Origin: Bacteroidota bacterium | GTDB lineage: Bacteria > Bacteroidota > Ignavibacteria > UBA10030 > UBA8401 | Direction of reading: 5' to 3' | DNA length: 64,000 nt | NCBI GenBank assembly: GCA_021796215.1 | Contig: JAJYOK010000006.1 | Span: 201-64,200 of the forward strand | Shown here: positions 52,547-61,101 of the stretch, in pieces | Numbering within the stretch: the first letter of the stretch is position 1 | Layout: each line of letters starts with the position of its first letter | Position numbers and translations under genes: made by a program | Notes under the pieces: generated by a model | Seen by the model: only the letters and a program-made list of their open reading frames with translations | Told to the model about the DNA's origin: nothing | Databases searched by the model: none

Positions 52547-53700
52547 GCCGTTGTCATCTCTTTTTCAGAAACCGCTGCGCCGTATCGGATAAATATTTTT
52601 TGTTTCTCGCCGCCCCACAAGAGCGCATTGTGGAACACGTTTTCACTTGTTGTTGTGATAAATGTCTGCGCAAGATTTTCGATAAAACCGACAAGCCGGG
52701 TCGAGCGCCGTTCATCCAATTCACTGAATACATCGTCAAGTAAAAACACCGGTGTTTCGTTGCACCGTTCTTTCAAATAAAAAAACTCCGCTATTTTTAA
52801 TCCGATGAGAAAGGTTTTATGCTGTCCTTGCGAAGAAAACGTTCGCAGGTGAAGTCCGTTCAGCGAAAATGCAATTTCGTCACGGTGCGGCCCGACCAAT
52901 GTCGACCCTGTTCGTATTTCGTCGTTCCGTTTTTCTTCAAGTGTGCGCCTGTACCGTTCTTCGATTTCTGCAACCGTATCCTTCGGAGAACATGCAATTT
53001 GCGGTTCGTAATCAATTGCCGGCACCTCGTTATCGTCAACGATGCTGGCGTACGCATTGGATACATACGGCGCAAACTCTTGCAGGAAGTGCGCTCGTTT
53101 CAAGATAATTTTTGATCCCCGCACAACTAGAGATTCTGTCCACGGTGCAAGACTTGTTTCATCGGCTGCGGTCAGCATTTTTTTTCTTGCCGCATCTATC
53201 AGAATTTTATTCCGCTGCCGCAGCGTGCGCCGGTATTCAAGCATGTCGTCTACATAGACTTTGCTTGACTGTGAAATCACCATATCTACAAACTTTCGCC
53301 GGTCTGCCGGCATGCCGAAGGTGATGCTGCTGTTTTCCGGAGAAAGAATAACAATCGGATATTTTCCAATCACCGACGAAAATGTTTCTACTTCCTGTTT
53401 CCCGACAAAATAGCGGCGGCGATTTAACGATGCATCGTAGACGACGCGAATTTGACTTTCGGTTCCGTGATCCAAAAGAAATGTGCCCCGAACATCGAAG
53501 AATTCTTTTCCCTGCTGAATAACAGTGCTGTCATTAGTGGCATAGAAACTTTTCGTCAAACACAGGTACGAAAGTGCTTCCAGCACATTTGTTTTCCCTT
53601 GTCCGTTTTCTCCAAGCAACACATTGGTTGCTGCTTTAAACTCCAGTTCGGTATCCGTGTGATTGCGAAAGTTCCGGAGCTGTGCGCTCACTATTTTCAT
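52543..53700 (-). CDS. recF: DNA replication/repair protein RecF
   Basis: NFRN, GENGQGKTN, GPHRD, SQGQ, LLDDVFSELD. Confidence 0.96.
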   Translation of the reverse strand: MKIVSAQLRNFRNHTDTELEFKAATNVLLGENGQGKTNVLEALSYLCLTKSFYATNDSTVIQQGKEFFDVRGTFLLDHGTESQIRVVYDASLNRRRYFVGKQEVETFSSVIGKYPIVILSPENSSITFGMPADRRKFVDMVISQSSKVYVDDMLEYRRTLRQRNKILIDAARKKMLTAADETSLAPWTESLVVRGSKIILKRAHFLQEFAPYVSNAYASIVDDNEVPAIDYEPQIACSPKDTVAEIEERYRRTLEEKRNDEIRTGSTLVGPHRDEIAFSLNGLHLRTFSSQGQHKTFLIGLKIAEFFYLKERCNETPVFLLDDVFSELDERRSTRLVGFIENLAQTFITTTSENVFHNALLWGGEKQKIFIRYGAAVSEKEMTTA

Positions 53701-53714
53701 ACATTGTGTTGATA

Positions 53715-54827
53715 TCAATTATTCAGCCGGACCGGCATAACCAACATCAACACATCCTCGCCTTCTTTTTGTTTATGAGGCAGAATAATTCCGGCGCGCG
53801 TCGGAGAATTGAGGTGGAATACAACTTCCTCTGATTCGATGTGTGTAAGAATGTCGGAGACGTAGTTGGAATTGAATCCTATTTCCATTGGTTCGGCGGA
53901 GTAGTTGCATGGAATTGTTTCCTTAGCCTCGCTGCCAAAATCAATGTCTTCCGCTGCAATAGAAATCTCGTCGTTTTTTATACTCATACGGATTTGATGT
54001 GTTGTTGAACTGGAATATAGTGACACTCTCCGAACCGACGATAACAGTTGATTTGTGCTGACGGTAAGATGTTTTTCGTTGTCCTGTGGAATAACAGATT
54101 CGTAGTTGGGATAATTTTCTTCTATTAGCCGTGACACCAGTGTAGTTCCTTGAAATTGGAACATGGCATGAGAATCGTTTACATAAATTTTAATAATGCC
54201 TTCTTCGTTGAACTTTGCAACAAGGTTTAATGCTTTTGCCGGAATAACAATGTCTTTCTTAAATTTTGTTTTCAGTGCTTTGTTTTTGGTGCGAACAAGG
54301 CGGTGTCCATCTGTTGCAACCGCACAAAGCTCAGCGTTCTTCACTTGAAAAAGTATACCCATCATCGCCGGGCGAAGCTCATCGGTGCTCACTGCAAACG
54401 ATGTCTTGTTAATAAGACGGCGCAGCGCATCAATATCTATTTCAATTTCGTTGTCTGTTTTAAATTGCGGCGTTGTAGGAAATTCGTCGCTAGGTTCACC
54501 GGTTAAAGCATATTCACCGTTTTCAGTAACCATCTTAATTTTGTTGTTTTCCGTATCAACAGAAAACATTATTTTCGTATCCGGCAGCGCCTTTATCGTA
54601 TCAATTATTCTTTTTGCCGGAACTGCAATTTTTCCATTCTCCATTCCGGAAACTTGTACGTCCACAGACATTGCAATTTCAAGATCGGTCGCAGTGATTT
54701 TTAATATATTTCCAACAACATCAAAAAGGAGATTTTCCAAAATTGGGAGGGTCGAACGTGTTGGAACAACGCCGCTCACTTTCATTAAAGCTTTTTGCAA
54801 CTCACTGCTAGATACATGAAATTTCAT
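53715..54827 (-). CDS. dnaN: DNA polymerase III beta sliding clamp
   Basis: ATDLE, VATDGHRL, YPNY, LVMPVRL; AAAGGAG SD before ATG 54827. Confidence 0.97.
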   Translation of the reverse strand: MKFHVSSSELQKALMKVSGVVPTRSTLPILENLLFDVVGNILKITATDLEIAMSVDVQVSGMENGKIAVPAKRIIDTIKALPDTKIMFSVDTENNKIKMVTENGEYALTGEPSDEFPTTPQFKTDNEIEIDIDALRRLINKTSFAVSTDELRPAMMGILFQVKNAELCAVATDGHRLVRTKNKALKTKFKKDIVIPAKALNLVAKFNEEGIIKIYVNDSHAMFQFQGTTLVSRLIEENYPNYESVIPQDNEKHLTVSTNQLLSSVRRVSLYSSSTTHQIRMSIKNDEISIAAEDIDFGSEAKETIPCNYSAEPMEIGFNSNYVSDILTHIESEEVVFHLNSPTRAGIILPHKQKEGEDVLMLVMPVRLNN

Positions 54828-54895
54828 TAGTGTCTCCTTTCCCAAGGTGGAATTTTGATTTTTGAAGACTTGGTGGCTTTGAAATTGTATGGGTA

Positions 54896-54924
54896 AATAT
54901 ACTAAAAATACTACCTAGTTTCAA
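54896..54924 (-). promoter_or_regulatory. Sigma70-type promoter of dnaN
   Basis: TTGAAA-17 bp-TATATT on the minus strand. Confidence 0.6.
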
Positions 54925-55231
54925 GGTAATTTTTTCCTATAATTTTATAAAAGATAAAGACTTATAGGTATTTATAATAAATATGTACATATATATTTAG
55001 AATAGTAATAAGGGGTGTGAATATGTTGATAAATAAATTTGATTTCAAAATTATAAAGCAATCTAAAGGAATTATTGAGAAGATATTTTTAAAATTGATG
55101 TTAGTTTGATGTTTTTAACCGGAAAGATATTAACATAAAAAAAACTTTTTGTGAAGAATAAACGAAAGATAAACGATAATAACATTTCACAAACACCTAC
55201 AAACAAGATTTCAACAAAGTGGTGTGAATAA
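54925..55231. other. oriC unwinding region: AT-rich DUE, DnaA-trios and DnaA boxes
   Basis: Very AT-rich; TAGAATAGTAATAA-GGGG-TGTGAATATGTTGATAA at 54998-55032; consensus box TTATTCACA (minus strand) at 55223-55231; lies between dnaA and dnaN. Confidence 0.82.
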
Positions 55232-55256
55232 AAAAGTCCCGCTTAGCGAGACTTTT
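55232..55256 (-). terminator. Intrinsic terminator after dnaA
   Basis: Minus strand AAAAGTCTCGC-TAA-GCGGGACTTTT plus further Ts. Confidence 0.65.
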
Positions 55257-55281
55257 ATTATACAAGAAACTATGAGATATT

Positions 55282-56733
55282 TTAACGAATTGTATTTTCT
55301 ATTTTTCTTTTTATTGACTGTAGGGTATCGCGGTATTTTGTGTCAAGCTTCAATTGATCCTCTACGGATTGATATGCATGGATGACTGTGCTATGGTCGC
55401 GTCCGCCAAAATGTAAGCCAATAGTTTTAAGAGAACAGTTGGTCATCTCTTTTGCAAGATACATTGCAATCTGCCGCGCGTTCACGATTTCTTGTTTCCG
55501 CGTTTTTGCGCGCAATAAATCAACAGGTAAATCGAAGAATTCGGCAACGAGGCGCTGAATTTCTTCAACATTGATAGGCGATCGCACATCGCTGACGACA
55601 AGCCGAAGCACATCGCGCGCCAAGTCAATATTGATCTCGCGGTTTTCAAGAGATGCTTTTGCAAGAAGGCTGATCAAACATCCCTCAAGTTCTCGGATAT
55701 TCGATGTGACATTTGCTGCAATAAAATCTAAAACTTCCTGTGGAACATCAATATGATCGTCTTCGCTTTTTTTCCTCAGAATAGCCGTGCGGGTTTCAAG
55801 ATCCGGCGGCTGAATATCTGCAGTTAAACCCCACTGAAAGCGGGAAATTAGCCGCTCATCCAAACCGCGAAGTTCTTTGGGTGGTTTATCAGAGGAAAGT
55901 ACAATTTGCTTTCCTTCCTGGTGAAGGGTGTTGAAAGTATGGAAAAAACTGTCTTGTGTTTTTTCTTTTCCTGCAAAGAATTGAATGTCGTCAACTATCA
56001 GTAAATCCATACTGCGGTAGTAATTGGAAAAATCGCGCATCGTATCAGCGCCAATTGCATCAACGAAATCAATGGTAAATTTTTCACTTGAAACATAACA
56101 AACACGTTTTGACTTTCCATTTTCCAAAGCGTAGTTGCCAATAGCTTGGATAAGATGTGTCTTTCCCAGACCAGTACCACCATAAATAACAAGAGGATTA
56201 AATGACGTTCCCCCAGGGTTATTCCCTACAGCCAAAGCTGCTGCGCGCGCAAGCTGATTGCTGTCTCCTTTGATAAAATTGTTAAAAATGTAGCGCGGAT
56301 TCAGATAGGTTTTTACCGGCTGAAGATTGTCATGCTTTGAAGATGCCGGCGAGTCTCCCGGGCTTTTTCCATTATGAGATTCAGCGATAACATGAATAGA
56401 TTGCTGTTGAACTAAAGGCACCACATCGGTTGCCCCCTCTTCATCCGGCGGAATGACAACATACGTCAGCCGAGCCTCTCCGCCAATAATTTGAGCGAGA
56501 GTGTTTTTGATCAACACGTAATAATGCTCCTCCAGCCATTCGTAAAAAAACTGGCTGGGTACCTGAACACTCAATTCACCATTCTCAAAACTTATTGCCT
56601 TAATCGGTTCGAACCACGTTTTATAACTTAGACTTGCAATTTGCTGCTGGATCAGAGCTAGGCACTCTGACCACAACCGCTCTGCCTCTTTAGGTGCGAC
56701 AGAGCTCACAAGAGACATCACTGGATTTTCCAT
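55282..56733 (-). CDS. dnaA: Chromosomal replication initiator DnaA
   Basis: FNPLVIYGGTGLGKTHL, DDIQF, RLISRF, NIRELEG, FGGRDHSTV. Confidence 0.98.
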   Translation of the reverse strand: MENPVMSLVSSVAPKEAERLWSECLALIQQQIASLSYKTWFEPIKAISFENGELSVQVPSQFFYEWLEEHYYVLIKNTLAQIIGGEARLTYVVIPPDEEGATDVVPLVQQQSIHVIAESHNGKSPGDSPASSKHDNLQPVKTYLNPRYIFNNFIKGDSNQLARAAALAVGNNPGGTSFNPLVIYGGTGLGKTHLIQAIGNYALENGKSKRVCYVSSEKFTIDFVDAIGADTMRDFSNYYRSMDLLIVDDIQFFAGKEKTQDSFFHTFNTLHQEGKQIVLSSDKPPKELRGLDERLISRFQWGLTADIQPPDLETRTAILRKKSEDDHIDVPQEVLDFIAANVTSNIRELEGCLISLLAKASLENREINIDLARDVLRLVVSDVRSPINVEEIQRLVAEFFDLPVDLLRAKTRKQEIVNARQIAMYLAKEMTNCSLKTIGLHFGGRDHSTVIHAYQSVEDQLKLDTKYRDTLQSIKRKIENTIR

Positions 56734-56761
56734 AGACGATTGAATAAGAGTGAGACGCGAC

Positions 56762-56996
56762 TTATGAACACGTTATTAATAGTTATCAACATATTTATGC
56801 ACATGAGCGCAACACCGAAATTAAGGGTTTGTAGCAATTTCCAAAATTATACACATGAAAGGAACGTGCGTAAGCTATTGATTTCTTTGAAGCAAAAACT
56901 CTTATAGACACCTTATCAACAGTTCTTCCACAGGTAAAATATAACAACAAATATTGGATAAAAAAGCATACTTCTTCTGCAAGAAGTTTATCCACA
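56762..56996 (+). promoter_or_regulatory. DnaA-box cluster in the dnaA leader (autoregulation / second oriC part)
   Basis: TTATCCACA 56988, TTATACACA 56847 and TTATGCACA 56795, plus near-matches at 56762, 56773, 56783, 56902, 56913 and 56924, all in one orientation. Confidence 0.8.
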
Positions 56997-57034
56997 AATT
57001 ATTAACCATGCAATAATGAATACATGGGAAATAG

Positions 57035-57064
57035 ATTATACAACATCAACACAAGCATTGTCAA
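57035..57064 (-). promoter_or_regulatory. Consensus sigma70 promoter of dnaA
   Basis: TTGACA-18 bp-TATAAT on the minus strand. Confidence 0.75.
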
Positions 57065-57203
57065 GAGAAAAATTACATAATGGAGAAATTTCTTGTTTCT
57101 CATCCGCTTTTTTTTTATTTTCATTTGCTACGTACTTTAAGATTGCAAGGATTGCCGTTACCATGGCAACCCTTTTTTGTTTTCAACAACACGGAGAACG
57201 AGA

Positions 57204-57350
57204 ATGAAACGAACATATCAGCCGCACCGCCGTAAACGCAAAAACACACACGGCTTTCGTGCGCGAATGTCAACAAAAAACGGCAGGAAAGTTCTTTCTA
57301 GCCGCCGTGCAAAGGGCCGTCACAAATTAACTGTGAGCGACGAGCATTGA
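57204..57350 (+). CDS. rpmH: 50S ribosomal protein L34
   Basis: Below the ORF-track size cutoff: [54 protein letters not shown]. Confidence 0.97.
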   Translation: MKRTYQPHRRKRKNTHGFRARMSTKNGRKVLSSRRAKGRHKLTVSDEH

Positions 57351-57416
57351 TTCGTTTCACAGATTCATCCATGCACGCAAATTCTTTACCGTCCCCGAGA
57401 GAAAGGGGCAAACGGT

Positions 57417-57854
57417 GTGCGACAGACACTTCGAAAATCTGAGATTCTCAGCGGTTACCAATCATTCGAACAAGTTCTCCAGAACGGCGTATGTGTGCGA
57501 GGAAGTTTCTTGCACTGTTTTGTTCTTGTTGAAAATCCGTTTGAGACAGCGCACGCATCACGCAAACCGCCATTGAGCAGAAATAGAAAATCTCCCCTGT
57601 GTGTTGGCTTTGCAGTGCCGAAAAAACGCGTGCCGCTTGCAACAAAGAGAAACCGCGTAAGACGATTGATGCGTGAAGTGTTTAGAAAGAATAAAGAGCA
57701 ATTGTACAACACGCTTGATGCATGCCGCCGGACTTCCATTGTTGTGGTGTACCGCGGAGAAAAAGAAGCGGTCTCAAAAATTTCGTACGCCGACGTAGAG
57801 CGCGAGTGGAAAGAACTCATTCCACAAATCATTGCAGCGGAGCAATGCAAATGA
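57417..57854 (+). CDS. rnpA: Ribonuclease P protein component
   Basis: VGFAVPKK...[13 protein letters not shown] (RNR motif); canonical synteny. Confidence 0.93.
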   Translation: MRQTLRKSEILSGYQSFEQVLQNGVCVRGSFLHCFVLVENPFETAHASRKPPLSRNRKSPLCVGFAVPKKRVPLATKRNRVRRLMREVFRKNKEQLYNTLDACRRTSIVVVYRGEKEAVSKISYADVEREWKELIPQIIAAEQCK

Positions 57855-58063
57855 AGCAAGTTATGATTATTCTAATACGTGTGTATCAGATGTTGATATC
57901 GCCGCTTCTCCCGGCAAACACCTGCAGATTTCACCCGACGTGTTCGAATTATTCCATAGAAGCATTCCGTAAATACGGCTTTTGGAAAGGGTGGCTGCTG
58001 ACAATAAAACGTATTTCTAAATGTCATCCCTGGCACGAAGGCGGATATGACCCGGTTCGTTAA
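57851..58063 (+). CDS. yidD: Membrane protein insertion efficiency factor YidD
   Basis: YQMLISP...[10 protein letters not shown]...[13 protein letters not shown]. Confidence 0.94.
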   Translation: MKQVMIILIRVYQMLISPLLPANTCRFHPTCSNYSIEAFRKYGFWKGWLLTIKRISKCHPWHEGGYDPVR

Positions 58064-58104
58064 TCACACAAAGAAATTGACTTACAGTGGAGGCAATAAA
58101 TTGA

Positions 58105-59928
58105 ATGGATAGACAGACAACACTTGGTTTTGTTCTTATCGCTGTCGTATTAATGATCTGGATGTGGTGGTCTGCGCCAAAACCTACGCCGCCATCAGCC
58201 AACGGCACAAAAACCACAGCCGCTTTAGACTCGTCGAAGCAGAATCAGACGCCGCATCCTGCCGCCATTTCGCGCGCGCAGGAAACTCCAAACACCTCAG
58301 CACAGCCGGCATCATCAGAGGCGCTGCAAGATTCACTCGGAAAATATTTTTCTGAAACGGCAGTCGGCAGTGAGCGAACCATCACAATCGAAACCGACAA
58401 CTATATTGCCGAGGTGTCTACTCGTGGCGGCGTCATCAAGAAATGGAAACTGAAGAAATACAAAACGTGGAGCCAAGCCCCGGTGGAATTAGTACAGAAC
58501 AACAAAAGCGGAGATTTCAGTTTGTTGTTTACATCGTCAGACGGTAAGTTGATTGATACGCGCAATCTTTATTTTCAAACGGATGCGCCATCGTCATATG
58601 TTCATCTTTCCGGCAATAAAGAATTCAAAATTGATTTTATTTTGAAGGCGGGTTCGGGACGCATTATCAAAACGCTGACATTCAAAAACGGAACATACAC
58701 CTTCGATGCCGATTTTCAATTTGATAAGATGGAAAGCATCATTGCAAATTATGAATATCAGGTTGTGTGGGAAGACGGTTTGCGATATGCTGAATACAAC
58801 AGTGTTGATGAATCCCGTTATTCAAAAGCATATTCGTACGCAGGCGGAGAAGTAACCGACATTGATGCTTCAAAGGAAGGCGAAACACCGGTTTCCAACA
58901 CCACCGGAACCACTGAATGGGTTGCCAGCACAACAAAATATTTCGGCGTTGCCCTTCTTACGCGTGACAAGAAGGCAAACGGCGCATATCTCGAAGGCGA
59001 ACATTTAAAAGAGCCGGACAACGGCATTGTGAAACGATATTCAATCGCACTAAAAATGCCGTTTCAAAATCCGGGCGATGATCATGTTACACTCAGGGTA
59101 TTTCTTGGTCCGCTCGATTTCAATCTCGTTAAGGGAACCGCTCCGGGGTTAGATAACATCATTAGCTTGGGCTGGTCGTGGCTGCGCCCGATTACAGAAT
59201 ATGTCTTCATTCCGCTGTTTCGGTTCCTTCACTCATTCATTTCAAATTTCGGCATCGTTATCATCGTCTTCTCGATCATCGTAAAAGTTGCGCTGAATCC
59301 GCTGACAAAGAGCAGCATGAAATCAATGAAAAGAATGCAGTCGCTTCAGCCATTGATGGAAGAAATCCGCGCGAAATATAAAAGCGATCCGGCGAAGATG
59401 AACGAGCAAGTGATGAAGCTGTACCGCGACTACGGTGTTAATCCTGCGGGCGGGTGTCTGCCGATGCTGCTTCAAATGCCGATTCTGTATGCGCTGTATG
59501 CAGTCTTTACCAATTCCATAGAACTGCGTCAGGCGAATTTCTTCTGGTGGATTACCGATCTTTCCAATCCCGATCCGATTGTGCACTTGCCGTTCACGAT
59601 TCCGTTTGTCGGAATGCATGAAATTTCCGGATTAGCATTGTTCATGGCGATTACAATGTTCATTCAGCAGAAGATGACGGTGAAAGATCCGCGTCAGAAA
59701 ACAATGATCTGGATGATGCCGGTAATGATGATGCTTATCTTCAACAATCTGCCGTCGGGATTGAACCTGTATTATTTTGTCTTCAACATTCTTTCAATCG
59801 GGCAGCAGCTTCTCATCAATAAGCAGCACGACAAAGAGCCGCTGCAAAAAGTCACGCCGAAAAAACGACCGCGGTCGTTAATGGATGCGCTCTCACGCAA
59901 TCTTGCCGAGAAATCGAAACGGAAGTAA
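58105..59928 (+). CDS. yidC: Membrane protein insertase YidC
   Basis: N-terminal TM, periplasmic domain, NPAGGCLPMLLQMP, PSGLNLYY. Confidence 0.96.
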   Translation: MDRQTTLGFVLIAVVLMIWMWWSAPKPTPPSANGTKTTAALDSSKQNQTPHPAAISRAQETPNTSAQPASSEALQDSLGKYFSETAVGSERTITIETDNYIAEVSTRGGVIKKWKLKKYKTWSQAPVELVQNNKSGDFSLLFTSSDGKLIDTRNLYFQTDAPSSYVHLSGNKEFKIDFILKAGSGRIIKTLTFKNGTYTFDADFQFDKMESIIANYEYQVVWEDGLRYAEYNSVDESRYSKAYSYAGGEVTDIDASKEGETPVSNTTGTTEWVASTTKYFGVALLTRDKKANGAYLEGEHLKEPDNGIVKRYSIALKMPFQNPGDDHVTLRVFLGPLDFNLVKGTAPGLDNIISLGWSWLRPITEYVFIPLFRFLHSFISNFGIVIIVFSIIVKVALNPLTKSSMKSMKRMQSLQPLMEEIRAKYKSDPAKMNEQVMKLYRDYGVNPAGGCLPMLLQMPILYALYAVFTNSIELRQANFFWWITDLSNPDPIVHLPFTIPFVGMHEISGLALFMAITMFIQQKMTVKDPRQKTMIWMMPVMMMLIFNNLPSGLNLYYFVFNILSIGQQLLINKQHDKEPLQKVTPKKRPRSLMDALSRNLAEKSKRK

Positions 59929-59945
59929 GCAAATGGCAGCAAAAT

Positions 59946-59983
59946 AAAAATGCCGGGCGTATAACGCCCCGGCATTTTTTTTT
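59946..59983. terminator. Bidirectional intrinsic terminator
   Basis: AAAAA-TGCCGGGCGT-ATA-ACGCCCCGGCA-TTTTTTTTT between convergent genes. Confidence 0.85.
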
Positions 59984-60000
59984 GGGAAGAATTTTTATTT

Positions 60001-60813
60001 TTACACCGCCGCTGCTTTTGATTCAGCATGTTTTTGAGCCGCTTCACCCAACCATCCGCCGAGCAAAGAAAGAATGAACCCGCCCGCCAAACCAATGACG
60101 ATATATGTTACCGGAATATCATCAGCGCCGAAACCATAATAAAGAGAAAAGAAATTGAGGATAACGCCTAACACACCGGCTAATGCGGCTTCAAGAATAG
60201 TGACGCCGGGCGATTTGTAACCGACAATATATCCGGCTATGACAAAACTAATGCCGAGCGAAATCAAAATTCCAGCGACACCATACACAAGAAGCACAAA
60301 CAGTCCGAAGACCAGAATGTTATTCAGAATAAATCCGATAACCGTTCCCGCAACAACCCATGCCCATTCAAGTCCCACTGTCTTCTGAGTTAATTCCCCG
60401 CCAGACAACGGCGGGGTCTTCGACATTTGTTTAACGCGCTCCGCAGTGCCTTGCAGTTCTTCGCCAACCCACCCGCCGAGCAGCGCAAGAAGAAACCCGA
60501 CAATCGGTGCGGAGATCAATTGTCCCGCGGGCGGATTATAATCAAAAAGATAATGGAACAGCAGAAGGATAATAACCATTGCCAGCAAGCCGCCGATTGC
60601 CGGCTCACGGACGGTGTACCCTTCCGATTTGTATCCGATAATAATTCCCATAATAACGAACGATAACAATCCGATGAATGTGGGAATGTAATAGGTATGA
60701 AATGTTTCCGACATGATGTAAAAAAGAAATGTTGCCAGAACAACTCCAACAGTCGTTCCCGCAATTACCCAGCCCCATTCAAGTCCCCGTTTTTGAGAAG
60801 CTTCACCCGCCAT
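60001..60813 (-). CDS. Hypothetical membrane protein with internally duplicated 4-TM domain
   Basis: GGAGG SD before MAGEAS; repeats GLEWGWVIAGT/GLEWAWVVAGT and LLGGWVGE/LLGGWLGE. Confidence 0.8.
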   Translation of the reverse strand: MAGEASQKRGLEWGWVIAGTTVGVVLATFLFYIMSETFHTYYIPTFIGLLSFVIMGIIIGYKSEGYTVREPAIGGLLAMVIILLLFHYLFDYNPPAGQLISAPIVGFLLALLGGWVGEELQGTAERVKQMSKTPPLSGGELTQKTVGLEWAWVVAGTVIGFILNNILVFGLFVLLVYGVAGILISLGISFVIAGYIVGYKSPGVTILEAALAGVLGVILNFFSLYYGFGADDIPVTYIVIGLAGGFILSLLGGWLGEAAQKHAESKAAAV

Positions 60814-60990
60814 TGTTAACCTCCGTATTAAAAGTCCCTTTGGGACGATATCTGCACGTGACAACAAGCGGCGCATTAGGCAGCCGCATATCACGAGAAT
60901 TTCTCTAATTTGGTTAAGAAAGTCAAGACGGTATATCGTCTCGTATGTTGCGGTTTGATTTCTTCCTCACCAAAAAGATATAGCGACTTG

Positions 60991-61035
60991 GGCGGAAAGG
61001 TTCGACGCGCCTCTGAGGGGCTTGTCCGCTATGAC
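60991..61035 (-). repeat. GTCAT-led REP-like element
   Basis: Minus GTCATAGCGGACAAGCCCCTCAGAGGCGCGTCGAACCTTTCCGCC, with an internal hairpin and GCGGA/TCCGC arms. Confidence 0.4.
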
Positions 61036-61101
61036 TTTGCTTTTGAAATGTAACATTACTTGTTGCCTTCCATTACACGAAAAGCTATTTTTGTAGACAT
61101 T

